DNA of 64,000 nt from a virus: IMG/VR virus record IMGVR_UViG_3300032287_001974, positions 21,633 to 85,632 of that record. One strand, 5' to 3'. The position numbers and the translations under genes were made by a program. Under the pieces are notes generated by a model. It saw only the letters and a program-made list of their open reading frames with translations. It searched no databases and was not told the origin of the DNA. Numbering within the stretch: the stretch's first letter is position 1; every line of letters begins with the position of its first letter. Below, in pieces: positions 63,757-64,000 of the stretch.

Positions 63757-63960
63757 TCATTGCTCCTCCTCCCACTCATCTAGGGGTTCGCCAGCCATAA
63801 TAGCCTTGACATAGTCAAGCCGGCTGTTGTCACCCAAGTTGCTGAGCGTTTCGTGTTGCTGTTCGGTCAAGTCGTCATAATCAAATAGGATTACCTCGCT
63901 TGTTCCGTATGAGCCGTCAGTTTCTACCCACGACACATTCTTGTAAACTTTCATTGCCAT
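63757..63960 (-). CDS. Small acidic hypothetical protein
   Basis: GAGGA RBS; DGSYG motif. Confidence 0.6.
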   Translation of the reverse strand: MAMKVYKNVSWVETDGSYGTSEVILFDYDDLTEQQHETLSNLGDNSRLDYVKAIMAGEPLDEWEEEQ

Positions 63961-64000
63961 TGTTCCTCCTAATAGACTTGTTATCGGTGAGGCGTATCAC

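Noticed and set aside
1-64000. Stop-codon reassignment or suppressor tRNA
   Set aside because: Long genes are intact under the standard code, TAA/TAG/TGA all end genes, and no CUA/UCA anticodon tRNA was seen

Overview
This 64 kb window is part of a large contractile-tailed (myovirus-type) bacteriophage. The host is probably an actinobacterium (WhiB, NrdH, actinobacterial-style tmRNA tag), possibly a freshwater one; this is inference. Order of modules: (1) end of a fibre-like gene and a protein-modification cassette (FnIII/poly-Thr/Cys-rich protein, small Cys protein, radical SAM-SPASM enzyme, GT60-like glycosyltransferase); (2) neck gene and an array of small Lys-rich ORFs; (3) tail sheath, tube, chaperone, tape measure with M23 peptidase, and baseplate; (4) replication genes (initiator with internal repeats, DnaC-like loader, DnaB, primase, SNF2); (5) an RNA cluster (tRNA-fMet, tmRNA, tRNA-Asn, an initiator-type tRNA with a GAC anticodon); (6) a minus-strand lysis/membrane block, then NlpC/P60, tRNA-Thr, NrdH, Hsp20; (7) SSB, PolA, RecA, resolvases, WhiB, Cas4-like nuclease, SpoVS, metallophosphoesterase, nucleotidyltransferase, class II RNR; (8) a minus-strand early-type region (vWA + MoxR ATPase, small acidic ORFs) punctuated by a repeated hairpin module. 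Best candidate for an undescribed system: a second initiator-type tRNA (C1:A72, R11:Y24, A73) with a Val GAC anticodon, plus ORFs whose best-placed start codon is GTC, suggesting phage-controlled non-AUG initiation. All calls come from manual motif reading; no database searches were run.
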